A stretch of DNA of 64,000 nucleotides, from assembly GCF_006345805.1 (NCBI RefSeq), contig NC_043006.1:55986001-56050000 (forward strand), in the 5' to 3' direction. Shown here in pieces: positions 39,400-53,703 of the stretch. The notes beneath the pieces are model-generated. The model searched no databases and was not told the origin of the DNA. It was given only the letters and a program-made list of their open reading frames with translations. The position numbers and the translations under genes are program-made. Source of the stretch: Octopus sinensis. Lineage: Eukaryota. Position 1 is the first letter of the stretch. Every line of letters starts with the position of its first letter.

Positions 39400-41550
39400 T
39401 TAGTGTAAGGCGTACGATATGATCCCACACTCTTGGATTATGGAATGCATGGATCTATTTGGTATTGCATCGACTGTTGAGCGATTGCTTGGAAAATGTA
39501 TGGCGAAGTGGAGTACGGAACTGACAGCATATTGAAGAAGTTTAGGGGCAATAGAAATCAAAAGAGGCATCTTCAAAGGTGTCTGCCTGTCTCCATTAAC
39601 CTTTGTACGGGGCATGATACCACTAACATTGATTCTGAGGAAAACAAAGGCAGAGTATGTGTTCAAAAGCCGCCAACAAAAAGTCAACCACTAGATAACA
39701 TCAAACATTATGGTAAAGATGAATCTCAAGTTATTTCCCTCTTTGATACGGCGTATACTTTCAGTACTGATATCAGAATGACGTTCGGACTGAAAAGGTG
39801 TGGTGTGTTAGTCTTGAAGAGAGGCAAAATAAAATGTATAGACGGGCTAGCAATATTGTCGGAGGAGGTTATGAAGCAGAAGAAACGGGCTACAAATACT
39901 TTGAGATACTGGAAATGGATAAATTGATGGAGAAAGAAATGACAGAAAAATTTAAGGTGGAGTACTTGCGCAGGCTGAGACTGATCTTGAAGTCGAATTT
40001 ACACGGACGGAATAAGATTGAATCTATCAACACCTGGGCGATTTCACTCTTTAAATATGGATCAGGGGTAATCGCATGGACAGCAGACGATCTAAACAGC
40101 TTAAAGAGAAAGATAAGGAAGATGCTCATCAGATGTGGGATACTCCACGCAAAAAGTGACACAGACAGACTGTATATACCAAGAAAAAGAGGAGGAAGAG
40201 GACTGATTGGATGTGAACGCAGCATTAGAGCAGAAGAAAACAACATAGCATGGTATGTAAAAAAATGCCATAGAACCGCAATTATTGGAAGTAAGAAGGT
40301 TAGGCTTGCAAAGATAAAGCACCGTCGAAGGACTTGAGAATGAATGAAACTGAAAATAAGTAGATAAAGAAAAGAATGCATGGACAATTTCATAGGGATG
40401 TTGAAGATAAGACAGACAGAAAAAAGATGTCTATGGATGACTAAAAGTGATTTAAAACTAGAAATGGGGGCTTCTAATCTGTACTGCCCAAGATCAAGTA
40501 TCAAGAACCAATTACGTCAAATACAAAATAGACAACACATCAGAAAGTGGTAAGTGCCGAATTTGAGGGCAAAATAGTGAAACTGTATGGCATATTACCA
40601 TTCAGTGTATGTTACTTGCCCAGAAATAATATAAGATACATCATGTTAATATAGCAAGAATTGTCCGTTGGACACTTTGCAACAAGTATGGACATGACAG
40701 AGCAAAAGAGTGGTACGAACAGAACAAATTTAATGAAATACTAGCAATGCCTGAATGGCTCACGGAAGGGAAAACAATCCTAAAATTCAAAGCTACTAAA
40801 ACGGCAAACCCACAAAATATACCGATAACTTGTCTCCATACAATTTACAGAGCCATTACTGCAATTATATCGCAGATAATGAGCAAGCATCTGGAAGAAA
40901 ACAATCTGTTTTCAGAAGAGCAGAAGTTCTAAGTATGGCCTGGATTGATTACCGAAAGGCTTTTGATAGTAATACTCATACATGGATCATAGAAACACTA
41001 GTCATGGACAAGGTAGTATCAATAACCATATGATATATAAAACATTGCATGAATAAGTGGTAGACAGTGCTACAGCTCCAGACAAAAGAGGGACTCATAA
41101 AAACCAAAGCCATCTCCATTAGAAAAGGAATATTCCAGGGAATCTGTCCACTCCTTTTCTGATTGACACTGACACCTTTATCTGACATGCTAAACAGAAC
41201 TAGAAGTGGATACAACTGTTACGGCAAAACAACCAGCCACCTCTTGTATATGGATGATCTAAAGCTGTACGCTACAAATGATAAAAAGCTAGAAACATTA
41301 CTACAGATATTACGTAGATTTACCAAAGTAATAAACATGAAAGCTGGCTAAGAAAAATGTAGCAAAGCAACCTTGAAAAGAGGAAAACAAATAAAATGAG
41401 AGAATTAGACCAAAGCCAGACATACAAATACTTAGGAATCAATGAACTTGATACAATGCAACACACACAAATGAAAGAGAAGATAAGAAAAGAATACTTT
41501 AGACGAGTTAGATTAATACTGAAAACAGCTCAATGCCAAAAATAAGATTT
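39400..41550 (+). mobile_element. Two degenerate R4/Dong-like (REL-type) LINE fragments
   Basis: KAYDMIPHSWI, FGLKRCG and LYIPRKRGGRGL; second copy with WIDYRKAFDS, GIFQG and HLLYMDDLKLY. Confidence 0.75.
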
Positions 41551-42169
41551 TTTATTTCAACCTATTAATTATCACAAGATTAGCTCCCTCTATATCTAAC
41601 TTGATTTTCCCCTTTTTCGCCTTCGCCCTAATTTTCTCTCTCCTTCTATCACGCTCTTTCATACACCTTTATATTTCTCCTCTTTTTTTTTTTTGTTCAT
41701 TCGTTTTTACTTCCTATCTGTTTTTCTCGTTTTCCTTTGTTCCCACAGTGTGAACGAAGATGTCATCAGTACCTGTATAAGAGACTTTTCATATCGAAAC
41801 AGGAATATTAACAAGTTGGTGTGGGTCTTTATTGGCTTCAGTTACATCGTAGAGAAGTTTACAGACTGTAAGGTAAGTTCAATTGACGATAGATGTGAAA
41901 CACTAAATTTTTCACACTCATTTTCATCTTTGATTTGTGTTTACATTATAACTTGACAAGAAATTTTCAGAAAAGTTACAATGGAAAGCATAAATGATTA
42001 AATGCAACAATATAAACACTTGTGTGTGTGTGTGTGTGCACGTGTGTGTGTGTGCACGTGTGTGTATACGACCGGCTTCTTTCAGTTTCCGTCTACCAAA
42101 TCTTCATTCACAAGGCTTCGGTAGGCCCGAGAGCCATATTAGAAGACACTTACCTAAGGTAGCACGCAG

Positions 42170-42238
<69 letters not shown>

Positions 42239-42612
42239 TTATTTTTATTTTTATTTTTTATTTTTATTTTTATCTAGTTTCAGCTCACAAGCTGTGGCCA
42301 TGCTGGGGCACCGCCATTTGGTGTTGCTACATGATTTTACTTCACGAATGCTTTTTAGCAATTGCCATTTGGTGCATGAGAGAGCTCGATGCAGCTGCCC
42401 TCATCTGCACCTCCTGCCGTGAAGTTGGTTCATCTGGGACACCTGACAAGAATATATATATATATGTACAGGTGTGTGTGCGTTATTGAGTGTGTTTGTA
42501 TGTGTGTACGTGTGCTGGCGCGTGCGTATGTGTGTATGAATGCTTGTCTAGTCTTGGTTGTAGAATATGCAATGAGAGAGAGACACACGCAAACACACAC
42601 ACACACACATGC

Positions 42613-42672
<60 letters not shown>

Positions 42673-43144
42673 TGAGATAGTGTGTTAGAAATTATCAAAT
42701 GTCGGGAATAAATAAACTAACTTTTTAACGACTAGAAGACTTGCCGTGCGAGAAATTTCTATAATATATCTATAATATATCTATTTATATTTTTTCCTCA
42801 CATTTTCTTTTCATTAGTATATTCCAATGAAAGCTTTTCGAGCCAGTACAACAGCATCTAAGTGGGTGTTTGCGCTGCAAGAAATACCAGATAAATCTCT
42901 CCTAAATCATATCATATCTTAAACAAAAAGAAGCCACATTAGATGATTTAATGATATTTATTTTTCCCAAAACGTTAGGGGCGTTATAGCTGCAAACCTT
43001 AGGACATAAAACTGCATAATCATAATACGTCACTCTGTTAATCAAAATGTTTACAATTAATAATAATACACACATACACACAGATATGTATGTATGTATG
43101 TATGCATGTATGTATGTATGTATGTATGTATGTATGTATGTATG

Positions 43145-43175
<31 letters not shown>

Positions 43176-43277
43176 GTATGTATGTATATATATATGTATG
43201 TATATATATAATAGCATATATACGTATGTGTGTGTGTGTTAATATATATATATATAAGAATATATGTATATGTGTAT

Positions 43278-43334
<57 letters not shown>

Positions 43335-43479
43335 ATATGAGAAAAAATAAGTTTAAAAAAGAGCAATTCAAACTTTGAGAGGTCCAAAAAGAGAGAAAGA
43401 ATGTTTTCTAATAACGATTCATCATATTCATAAAAAAAACACCCAGAGTAAGTAATAAGGATATGAAAATAGTTGTTGA

Positions 43480-44175
43480 AAAATATCGTTATAGGTATAA
43501 ATATACCATAAACAATTATTGAAAAATTAAGGAGAAAAAGATGTTGAATCAAAATCAGATTTAATACAAAATATGATTCACTACACACGCGCGTTTCAAA
43601 CGACAATACAAATATGTAAGAAAAAATTATAACCATAGTAATTAAATTAAATTTATGCATTGTCATTTTCCTCATTGTAAGGAATTTTTGTAAGGACATC
43701 AATAAAGGTTTGATAAAATAAAGTAAAATAAGGGAGAGTACAAAAGGGGTAATGGGGAAAAAATCGGATATTTACAAGCAAGTTGTAAAAAGAGAAAAAT
43801 AACAGTAATAATAATAGTAAGAGAGACAAAAAGACAGACATGTCTCCTTTTACAACTTGCTTGTAAATATCCGATTTTTCCCCTATTACCCCCTTTGTAT
43901 TCCCCCTTATTGTATTTTATTTTAATCTTATATTATTAAACTTTTTTTGATGTCCTCACAAAAATTCCTCACACTGATGAAAATAACAATGCATAAATTT
44001 AATTATATATACTGTGGTTAAGATTTTTCTTACATATTTGTATTGTCGTTTGAAACGTGCGTATGTATTGTATTCTATTTTGTATTGAATCTAATTTTAA
44101 TTCAACATCTTTTTATTCTCCATTTTTCTATAATTGTTTATGGCATATTTATACCTATAACGATATTTCTCAACC
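43480..44175. repeat. Inverted pair (about 310 bp arms) of a hammerhead-bearing unit, centred near 43820
   Basis: 43480-43795 mirrors 43843-44175. Confidence 0.85.
43971..44066 (+). ncRNA. Type I hammerhead ribozyme motif
   Basis: ACA-CTGATGA-AAATAACAATGCA..TGTATTGTCGTTT-GAAAC-GTGC-GTA-TGT. Confidence 0.7.
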
Positions 44176-44299
44176 ATATATATATATAAGTTAAGCAAAG
44201 TTTTATTTAATCTAAAATATACTCTCCTTCATTTTCTACATTTGCAAGTTCCCCCTTCCCAAACCCACTTGTTCGTAACGAAAAATACTTCTCTATTAC

Positions 44300-45017
44300 T
44301 GTTTTGGCATTGTCTACATAATTCATATTTTTAACCATTCAAATGATTTTTTAAGACTGCGGAATATGATTATTAGATTGGGCAATGTCTGACGAATATG
44401 ATGGCTGAGACATCCTTTCCCATTCAAACTGCTTTAGCCTTTGGATGTCATCCTCGCTGTATGTGGCTGAGCATTATCCTGATGTAAGAACACCTTTCGT
44501 CGTGAAACCCCAAAGATGGTCGTTTTTTTTCTAGCGCTGACTTGAATGACTGGTTGAATGACCAGATCCAAGCTTCTCTGTTAGTTCCTCAACAGTTACG
44601 TTGGAATTTTATTCCACCAGGGTTTGTAGGACGTCCTCGTCAAGCTCTACAGATATTCCAGGACAAGGCTCGTCTTCTAGGCTGTATTTTACGGCTCGGA
44701 ATTTCTGGAACCACCGTTGAGACTGGCTTACGCTTACTGTCCGATCCCCATATACGCACTTTCCGTTGCGTTGTTGCCGTTATTGAACTCATAAAGCAAA
44801 ATATGCCGAATATGCTCCTTTGTCACTTTTATTATAGCTTTGAAAAAATAACTGTCAAAATTGAACTGCACTCTTCAAAACTTCTACTATGAATAAGGAC
44901 AATGTAATATTATTATCTGCTTTTATAGCAAGTTGATGCAGGTATTTATCCCGGTCTTCTCCGACTTTTAGTTCATGCAAGTGAGAAAACCGCATTGTTT
45001 ATGGGATGACCCAATAT
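44300..45017 (-). mobile_element. Degenerate mariner element
   Basis: TIR-like TATTGGGTCATCCCATAA at about 45000-45017; decayed QFEWE..PSYSSDIA motif near 44380-44440. Confidence 0.55.
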
Positions 45018-46235
45018 TTATAAACATACACACATACATACATACATACATACATACATACATACATACATACATACATACATACACACACACACTACAC
45101 CACAACGACGACGTCACATTTTGTATATAAGCGTATATGTGTTTGTGTGTGTGTGTGTGTGTGTGCTTGTGTGTTCGTTACTTATGAGATAGTAAAGGAC
45201 ATTTTATACGATGACAACGACAACACATCTCTAATATTCTCTCTTCATTCTGTCAACCATTCTGTGTAGCGTTTACCGTTGTAACGATGTCTGGTACCCA
45301 AAAAATTATTACAACTACTTTCATTGTTTACAATCTTCTGTACCAGTGTATTTGTGTACACTAGTACATAGATAAAATGCTAGAAAGGCTGAATGGTCAA
45401 ACAAAAATGCTGTGCCAGTGTATTTATGTATCAGTAAATAACCATGAGTAAATATTTCGTAAATGATCCATTCGTACCTCGGTATGAAATAGTTTTTCCA
45501 CAGGTTGTTTCGAGTGCATTCAACATATCTTATCTCCAAACCCGCAGCAAGCCTCTTTTTTCTGGAAAAGAAAGGGGTGGGGCGTATAAATATTTCACAG
45601 CGAAATATCGGTAGGTCCTTTATCGCAAATAAAGCTGTTGCGTGGTAGTAGGCCGTGCTAGAAGTAGCAACCAAATCTTTCCTTTTTCTGAGGAAAGGAA
45701 CTCTTTACGCGTGATTTCGATGTCACATTCGTTGAAAGTATGCGAAATAACCTGGAAGAGAAAAACAAAAAACCCACGAAACTCCGGTGGTGAGAAACTC
45801 CGAGAGCCACTTTTCTTTTATGGAAAAAAAGTGGCTTGCGGCATGTTTAGAAGTCAGACACGTTGAATGCACTCGAAAAAACTCGAGGAAAAAACATATA
45901 TCACACCGAGGTGCGAACGGGTCCTTTGCGAAATACATATATGAATGCACTTGGCTTAGTAAGGTCATGTGTTCAATTGCCGGCGACGTGTTATGTCTTT
46001 GAGCAAGATACTTTATTTCACGTTGCACCAGTCCATTCAGCTGGCAAAAATGAGTAGTACCTGTATTTCAAAGGGCCACCCTTATCACACTCTGTGTCAC
46101 GCTAAATTTCCCTGAGAACTACGTTAAGGGTGCACGTGCCTGTGGAATGCTCAGCCACTTGCACGTTAATTTCATGAGCAAGCTGTTCCGTTTGATCGTA
46201 TCAGCTGGAATCTTCATCGTCGTAACGAAGGCGTG

Positions 46236-46339
<104 letters not shown>

Positions 46340-46356
46340 CATATATATGTATATAT

Positions 46357-46451
<95 letters not shown>

Positions 46452-46771
46452 TATACATGCATACATATATACATATATATGTACTATATTAGCTCTCTGA
46501 TATATATAGCTATGTGTATAAAACTGAGAATGTGTGTGTGTGTGTGTGTGTCTGTCTGTCTGTCTATCTATGTGTATGTCTGTACGTGTGCACCAATAAA
46601 ACTCGAGAACTACCCAACCGATTTCATTAAAATTTTGCACATGCCTTACATAGGGTCCATGCATCACTATTAATACTGAAACTATTATCTCACATATATA
46701 CATGCATATATACTCATACACAGATACACATACATATATATATATATGCTTATATATATATATATATATAT

Positions 46772-47165
46772 AGGCGCAGGAGTGGCTGTGTGGTAAGTAG
46801 CTTGCTTACTAACCACATGGTTCCGGGTTCAGTCCCACTGCGTGGCACCTTGGGCAAGTGTCTTCTACAATAGCCTCGGGCCGACCAAAGCCTTGTGAGT
46901 GGATTTGGTAGACGGAAACTGAAAGAAGCCCGTCGTATATATGTATATATATATGTGTGTGTTTGTGTGTCTGTGTTTGTCCCCCTAGCATTGCTTGACA
47001 ACCGATGCTGGTGTGTTTACGTCTCTGTCACTTAGCGGTTCGGCAAAAGAGACCGATAGAATAAGTACTAGGCTTGCAATGAATAAGTCCCGGGGTCGAG
47101 TTGCTCGACTAAAGGCGGTGCTCCGGCATGGCCGCAGTCAAATGACTGAAACAAGTAAAAGAGTA
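46772..47165 (+). mobile_element. Octopus-type tRNA-derived SINE, near full length
   Basis: A-box TGGCTGTGTGG and B-box GGTTCAGTCC; further copies at 32327, 32539, 53703 (+) and 54005-54190 (-). Confidence 0.8.
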
Positions 47166-47178
47166 AAAAAAGAGAGAG

Positions 47179-47209
<31 letters not shown>

Positions 47210-47244
47210 ATATGTATATATGTATCTATATATAAATCTATCTA

Positions 47245-47413
<169 letters not shown>

Positions 47414-47459
47414 GTATATATATATGTATATATACATATATATATATGGTTGTGTGTGA

Positions 47460-48745
47460 TTGTGTATAGAAGAATATATTAATAAAAGGAATTTCAACCT
47501 TGTCTGATTTTCACGTTTTATTTACAATCTTATAATGATATATTATAAGATAATATATTATAATAGAATAAAATAAAATAGTAGAATGTTAAATGTTCAT
47601 TCTGATTGAACTAGTACTTTCATGCATTAAATTCTGCAATCTTCAGGTTCATGTAGTAGTGGTGACAGTCATGCTTCACAATTTTTGACTGTAGCGAGAT
47701 GATTGAATCTGTGCCTTAAATACAGCTGGGTAGGCTCCAGATTGCTAGGTTTTGCAAACTGTATTCTGACCAGTTAGTGTGTAGTATCACTCAATTACGT
47801 AAGCTGATTGGTTGGTTGAGCTGATTGTTTTAGGCGTCACGCTTTGTGGAACATGTCAAGAGTCCTGTATCTTAACGCTGGGCGAGGCAGCAATTGTTGG
47901 GCTATTTTTAGAAATGTTGTAAATAGCCTTTGTCAGAGATTTTTATATTTCAATTGTCATCATCATCATTGTCAGCACCTTAATTATTGTTGCTAGTGGT
48001 GATGGTGGTGGCAATAGAACTTTTAACCCTAAATAAGATAATTTTCCTGCTATCTAGGTATTATTATTATTGCTTATTTAGCTTGGGTTCGAATTTATCA
48101 ATAAAATTCTTTTCTCTGATTTTCCTCTCGATTTCACTTGGGCTGTGTAATTTGTAGAATGGAAATATTATATATATTTTCTGACCACATGTTGCTAGGT
48201 GGTTACTCAAAGGTATCTGACAGACCTCTGGGTCTCTAATCTGTTGTCGGTGTACACGTGAGCGTTCTGATAGTGCATTTCCCATCTGACCTACATATAT
48301 TTCTTCACAATTTGAGCATTTGATGCAGTAAATTAAATTTATGCTTTTGCAGTTCATATTCGCGTTTGTGAATATTTTCCCGGTTTTTGTATTTATATAT
48401 TGGCCGGTATGTATGAATTGGCATGTGCCACAACGACTATCATTGCATTTTGATACAGTGAATGTTTGGTCTTTGTTGCTAAGGTCAATTTTGCCTTTGT
48501 TAGTAATTTTTTAAAGTTTTTAGGCTGTCTTTTACTAAGAACCATAGCTCGATCCGTGATTATGTCTTTTAATTCATTACTTTGGGCAATGATTGGTAGG
48601 TTTGCTTTGGCAATGTTGAAGATATTCTGGTGACATGGGTTGTGTGTCACTATGAATGGTATGACTTGTTCTTGTTTTCCTCTTCCTTGGGTTGTCCTAA
48701 GTTGTTGTATGGGTATTTTTATAGCCCGTTGTATGCCATAGGTAT
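47460..48745 (-). mobile_element. Penelope-like element, 3' part with GIY-YIG endonuclease
   Basis: NLIYCIKCSNCEEIYVGQMG..R...H..E..FIDKFEPKLN (48067-48357), followed by a hammerhead; flanked by (TA)n. Confidence 0.85.
47607..47651 (-). ncRNA. Minimal type I hammerhead ribozyme motif
   Basis: TGAAC-CTGAAGA-TTGCA GAATTTAA TGCAT-GAAAG-TA-CTA-GTTCA. Confidence 0.75.
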
Positions 48746-48839
48746 ATATACATATATGTGCACATATACATATATATATATATGCATATATATGTATTTA
48801 TAGATATACATGTATACATACATGTATATGTATATATAC

Positions 48840-48912
<73 letters not shown>

Positions 48913-51900
48913 GTATGTGTGTGTGTGTGTGTGTGTGTGTATGAGTTAAGCAAAAATTTAGATTCAGATGAATTAGGTACTCATGTTGAAGCACTAGACT
49001 TTAGTATGGTATTATACAAACAGTTTCAAAATAAGATGATTAAAATCAAAATAAGTAACAGGATTTTCAGAGGTAATGCGGTACAGTTGTTTCAAGCAAC
49101 TACATTTAATTGAACAATGCAACCATTGCACCGATTTAAATGAAGAGCAATCCTCAGCTGCATAAATACATAGAATTAATTTAAATTAAAACAGATAGAC
49201 ACATTACTATAATTTTACCTAAAACCTCCAAGAATGTAAGGAGGCAAAGAACATACTGTCTTCACTTCAGCTTAGAAGTTACTAAGGTATCAGGAAGAAA
49301 GACTTGTTTGAGATCCAGCTTGTCAGTGGTTTGTAGGGTCAGTTTTAATTTATAGTCCTGTTTACCAAATCTTTCTATATAAAAAGCTAAGGCCAAAAAA
49401 CAAGGGCAGTGTCTGTTAGGAAAGGAGCTGAGGAAGTCAACAGAAATCATAGTGCGTATAGTCATAAAACTATCAAGATTAATTTGAAGCGGTATAATGA
49501 GGAAATCTTAAATCAAGAGTAGCTGACAATTAAAGGGCCAATGATGATAATACAGTGCACATTTTATAATGGGGTACTATAGTTAGATATTTTAAACAAT
49601 ATTGCCATCTCGTTATAAAGTTAAAATTTAGGGTTATTCAGAAAATTATTAAGAAGAATATTATAACAAAAGGATAAAATATTCTTTTGAATGCTTTTGA
49701 GTATATACCAAATTTTACCACAATAGAGGGAGGAAAAGAAATTACGTAGAAAAAGTTTAATATTTATACATATTATATATAAATATTAACTTACTAGATG
49801 GTGTCTATGAAGATTGATCATTGGCCTTTACTGGTATTTAATAAAGGAGTACTGAGGCAAAAGAACATGCTAAGTATATATTAATTAAATTATAATCTAA
49901 GCAGTTTATTTTAAGTTGTGAAGATACCGGTATTGTTTTATATAAGCCAAATATAAATTTATGGAGGTACAAAAATTAGGTTTATTTTATAAAGGCTATT
50001 ATAAATTAATAAAATGATTGGGTAGGGCAGAACACCATAGAAAAGGAATAAAATAGCTTAATCACTAAACCATGATGAAGTATATATACTTTATTAACAT
50101 CAATAGAGAAGACTTATAGGAAATGTATAATAATTCAAGTATTTGAACTAAAAATTGTTTATTTACTTATTTAGCTTATATCAATAAAGTCTGATGCCTG
50201 GTATTAGCTAAAGGAATATTGATGTTATAGGACATGCTAACTATATACTAATTATAAACTAAGAGGTATATTATAGGTTTTAAAAGTTATTAGTGTTAAT
50301 CCATACATGATATAGTTTCTTAGGGGTTCTTAATTAGAAGGGCTATTTACATAAAAGCCCTTATAAATACTAAGATCAGGAACGTGGAACAATTTAAGAA
50401 AGGGATGAATAAAGTAATTACTAATACCATTTTAAGCAATATTGCCATATTGTGTAAAGTTAAAATTTAGGGTTATCAAGAAGATTATTAAGAAGAATAT
50501 TATAACAAGAGGATAACATATTTTTTTAATGCTTTTGAGTATATACCAAATTTTACCACAATAGACGGAGGAAAAGAAATTACATAGAAAAAGTTTAATA
50601 TTTATACATATTAAATACTTAAATACTTACATATTAAATGGTATCTATGAAGATTGATCATTGGCATTTACTGGTATTTAATAAAGGAGTACTGAAGCAA
50701 AAGAACATGCTAACTATATATTAATTGAATTATTGTCTAAGCAGTTTATTTTAAGTTGTGAAGATACCGGTATTGTTTTATATAAGCTAAATAGGAATTT
50801 ATAAATTAGGTTTTTTTCATAAAGGCTATCATAAAATAATAAAATGATCAGGTAGGCTAGAACACCATAGAAAAAGAATAAAATAGCTTAATCACTATAA
50901 AACCATGATGAAGTATATATACCTTATTAACATCAATAGAGAAGACTTATAGAAAATGTATAATAATTCAAGTATTTAAACTAAAAATTGTTTATTTATT
51001 TATTTAGCTTATATCAATAAAGTCTGATGCCTGGTATTAGCTAAAGGAATATTGATGTTATAGGACATGCTACTAATACTAATTATAAACTAAGGGTATA
51101 TTATAGGTTTTAAAAGTTTTTGTATTAATCCCACATGATATTGTAGTTTCATAGGGGTACTTAATTAGAAAGGCTATTTACATAAAAGGCTCTTATAACT
51201 ACTAAGATCAGGAGGGTGGAATACTTTAAGAAAGGGATAAATAAATAATTACTAAAACAATGATGAAATTTGATCAACTAAGCAGGAAAAATCATGGATG
51301 TATACTAACTCTTTTAGCACACTAACTTACTATACTATATAGCATTTTTATATTGTAATATTGTGCTATTTGCTTAGTTTCGGATTAAAAAAATTTAACA
51401 CTAAGTATCCATCAAAATCAAAACCATGATGAAATTTGATCAACTAAGCAGGAAAAATTCATATGGATAGTATACTAACTCTATTTAGCACACTAACTTA
51501 CTATACTATATAGCATTTATTATATTGTAATATGTGCTATTTGCTTTAGTTTCGGATTAAAAATATTAAAACTAAGTATCCATCAAAATCAATACAATTC
51601 ATAGACCTAGAAAGTGCTACTTTCGAAAATATTTGAAAGTACAGGTGACACTATGTACGCATGACACCCTAAGGTCTAATCCATTATCAATCAGGTTGCC
51701 TTTATCTTTATGCTTAAAAATTTTGTTTCGATAGAGCACAGATATTGTCTATGGAAACATAGGAAATTTTTAAGCATAAAGATAAGTGCAACCTGATTAA
51801 TGATAGATTGGACCTTAGGGTATCATGCGTACATATATATGTATGTACACATATATATTTTTATATATGTGTATGTGTGTTTTGTTTGACCTGGACCACC

Positions 51901-52439
51901 GCTTGACAACTGTTGTTGCAAATCTCCGTAATTTAGCATTTTGACTAATAGGAACCAATGGATTTAGTACCAAGATAAAAAAAGGAAATTAATGGGGTTC
52001 ATTAATTCAACTAAATCCTGCAAGGTGGCCCCCAAGCATGACTATTTGACAGTGACTAAAACAAATATAATATAGATGATAAAGCAGTTGAATATTTGTG
52101 TTGTAATGTTTTCCTAGCATCCATTAAGTGTAATATCTCTATGGTGTGTGTATTGTAGTATTAACTTGATAAATCCTGTGTCTACTTGTCCATGTATTAA
52201 TGTGTCTATTACAATATGTAAAAATAACATTAACATAACCACCACATATCTCCTTGACACTATGGATTCTATGGGATTTCTCTCACAGTTTATAGTGTTT
52301 TCTTTATCATACATACTGTATGTATGTATTTATGTATGCATGAATGAATGAATGATAAAGAGAAATCACATAGCAACATTAGTGTCAAAGAGGTATGCTG
52401 TTGTTACGCTAATTTCATTTTTGTGTATTGTAATACATA

Positions 52440-52765
52440 GGAGCACTCCATCGGTTGCGACGACGTGGGTCCCAGCTGATACGATCAACAGAACTGTTTG
52501 CTCGTGAAATTAACGTGTAAGTGGCTGAGCACTCCACAAACACGTGTACCCTTAACGTAGTTTTTGGGGAGATTCAGTGTGACACAGAGTGTAACAAGGG
52601 TAGCCTTTTGAAATACAGGTACTACACATTTTTGCCAGCTGAGTGGACTGGAGCAACGTGAAGTAAAGTGTCTTGCTCAAGGACATAACACACCGCCAGG
52701 AATTGAACTCACAACCTTACGATCATGAGCTGAATGCCCCTAACCACTAAGAGACACACCTTCAC
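52440..52765 (-). mobile_element. SINE insertion with target-site duplication
   Basis: TGTAATACATA / TGTAATGCATA flanks; the mirror arm near 31783-31795 is uninterrupted; same family as 37650-37920, 45960-46240 and 14090-14305. Confidence 0.75.
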
Positions 52766-53124
52766 TGTAATGCATACAGTATGTATGTATGTATGTATGT
52801 ATGTATGTATGCCTGTGAAGGTGCGTGACCTCGGGATTATGGTGTTGCCCTCATGAACACAGGGTCATGGTTTCGAATGCCAGACCAGCGGCTGTTGTTC
52901 TTAACCAAAACAATCCATTTGACGCTGCTCTCGTTCACTCAGCTGTAAATGGGCAACCCTGTGCTGAGTGTGGGGCGATTGAATGTGTGTCACCTGGGAT
53001 CATTGTTGTTATTCACTTTGTTCATTATGCACTTGTACATGATGAACAAAATGAATAATAAATAATAGTCATATAATAATAATATTATATTATAATAATA
53101 ATAATAAATAATAATAATAATAAA

Positions 53125-53651
53125 TAAAACGGCCATCCTAATCTCTGGATGTAAAGTCTTAGCACCATGGTGAGTATAAATTAAGACATGACAGAGTTGG
53201 CCAATATCTACACTGGCTAATAAGTCGGCATTACAATATCAAAACTGCCGACAAGTGGTATAATCACACCCTGAGCTTGTAACTGAAGGAGAAAATGTAA
53301 AGAAAATGTGGCATCTCAAGGCGGTTACAATACCAGTGATCGTAGGAGCACTAGGTATGATCAAGAAGGGAACCGAAAATTATATGAGAATGATCCCTGG
53401 CTTACCATCCATGCAAGAAGTGCAAAAGATTGTCTTAACTGGTACATCACACGTATTGAGAAGAGCATTGTCGATGTGAGAACTATTACTACTCATGTAT
53501 TTTAATTTAACTTAAAAAAAAAAATGAACGAACTATTGAGTTTAGTTTAATGGCCTACCAATGTATACTATGAGTTTCTTTGCCCTAGGAGTCGGGAAGA
53601 CACTCGGCAAGAAATGGAAGCAAATTTGAAAGAGGAAAAAACAAATTATAA

Positions 53652-53703
<52 letters not shown>
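53125..53703 (+). mobile_element. 3' end of an R4/Dong-like LINE inside (TAA)n
   Basis: IPVIVGALG-like REL motif near 53330-53360; TAA repeats on both sides. Confidence 0.65.

Noticed and set aside
46772-46850. tRNA gene
   Set aside because: The A/B boxes belong to a multi-copy SINE head; no complete cloverleaf.
50072-50195. ATGATGA ... CTGA resembling a C/D box snoRNA
   Set aside because: It lies inside an AT-rich tandem repeat, with no terminal stem or recognisable guide.
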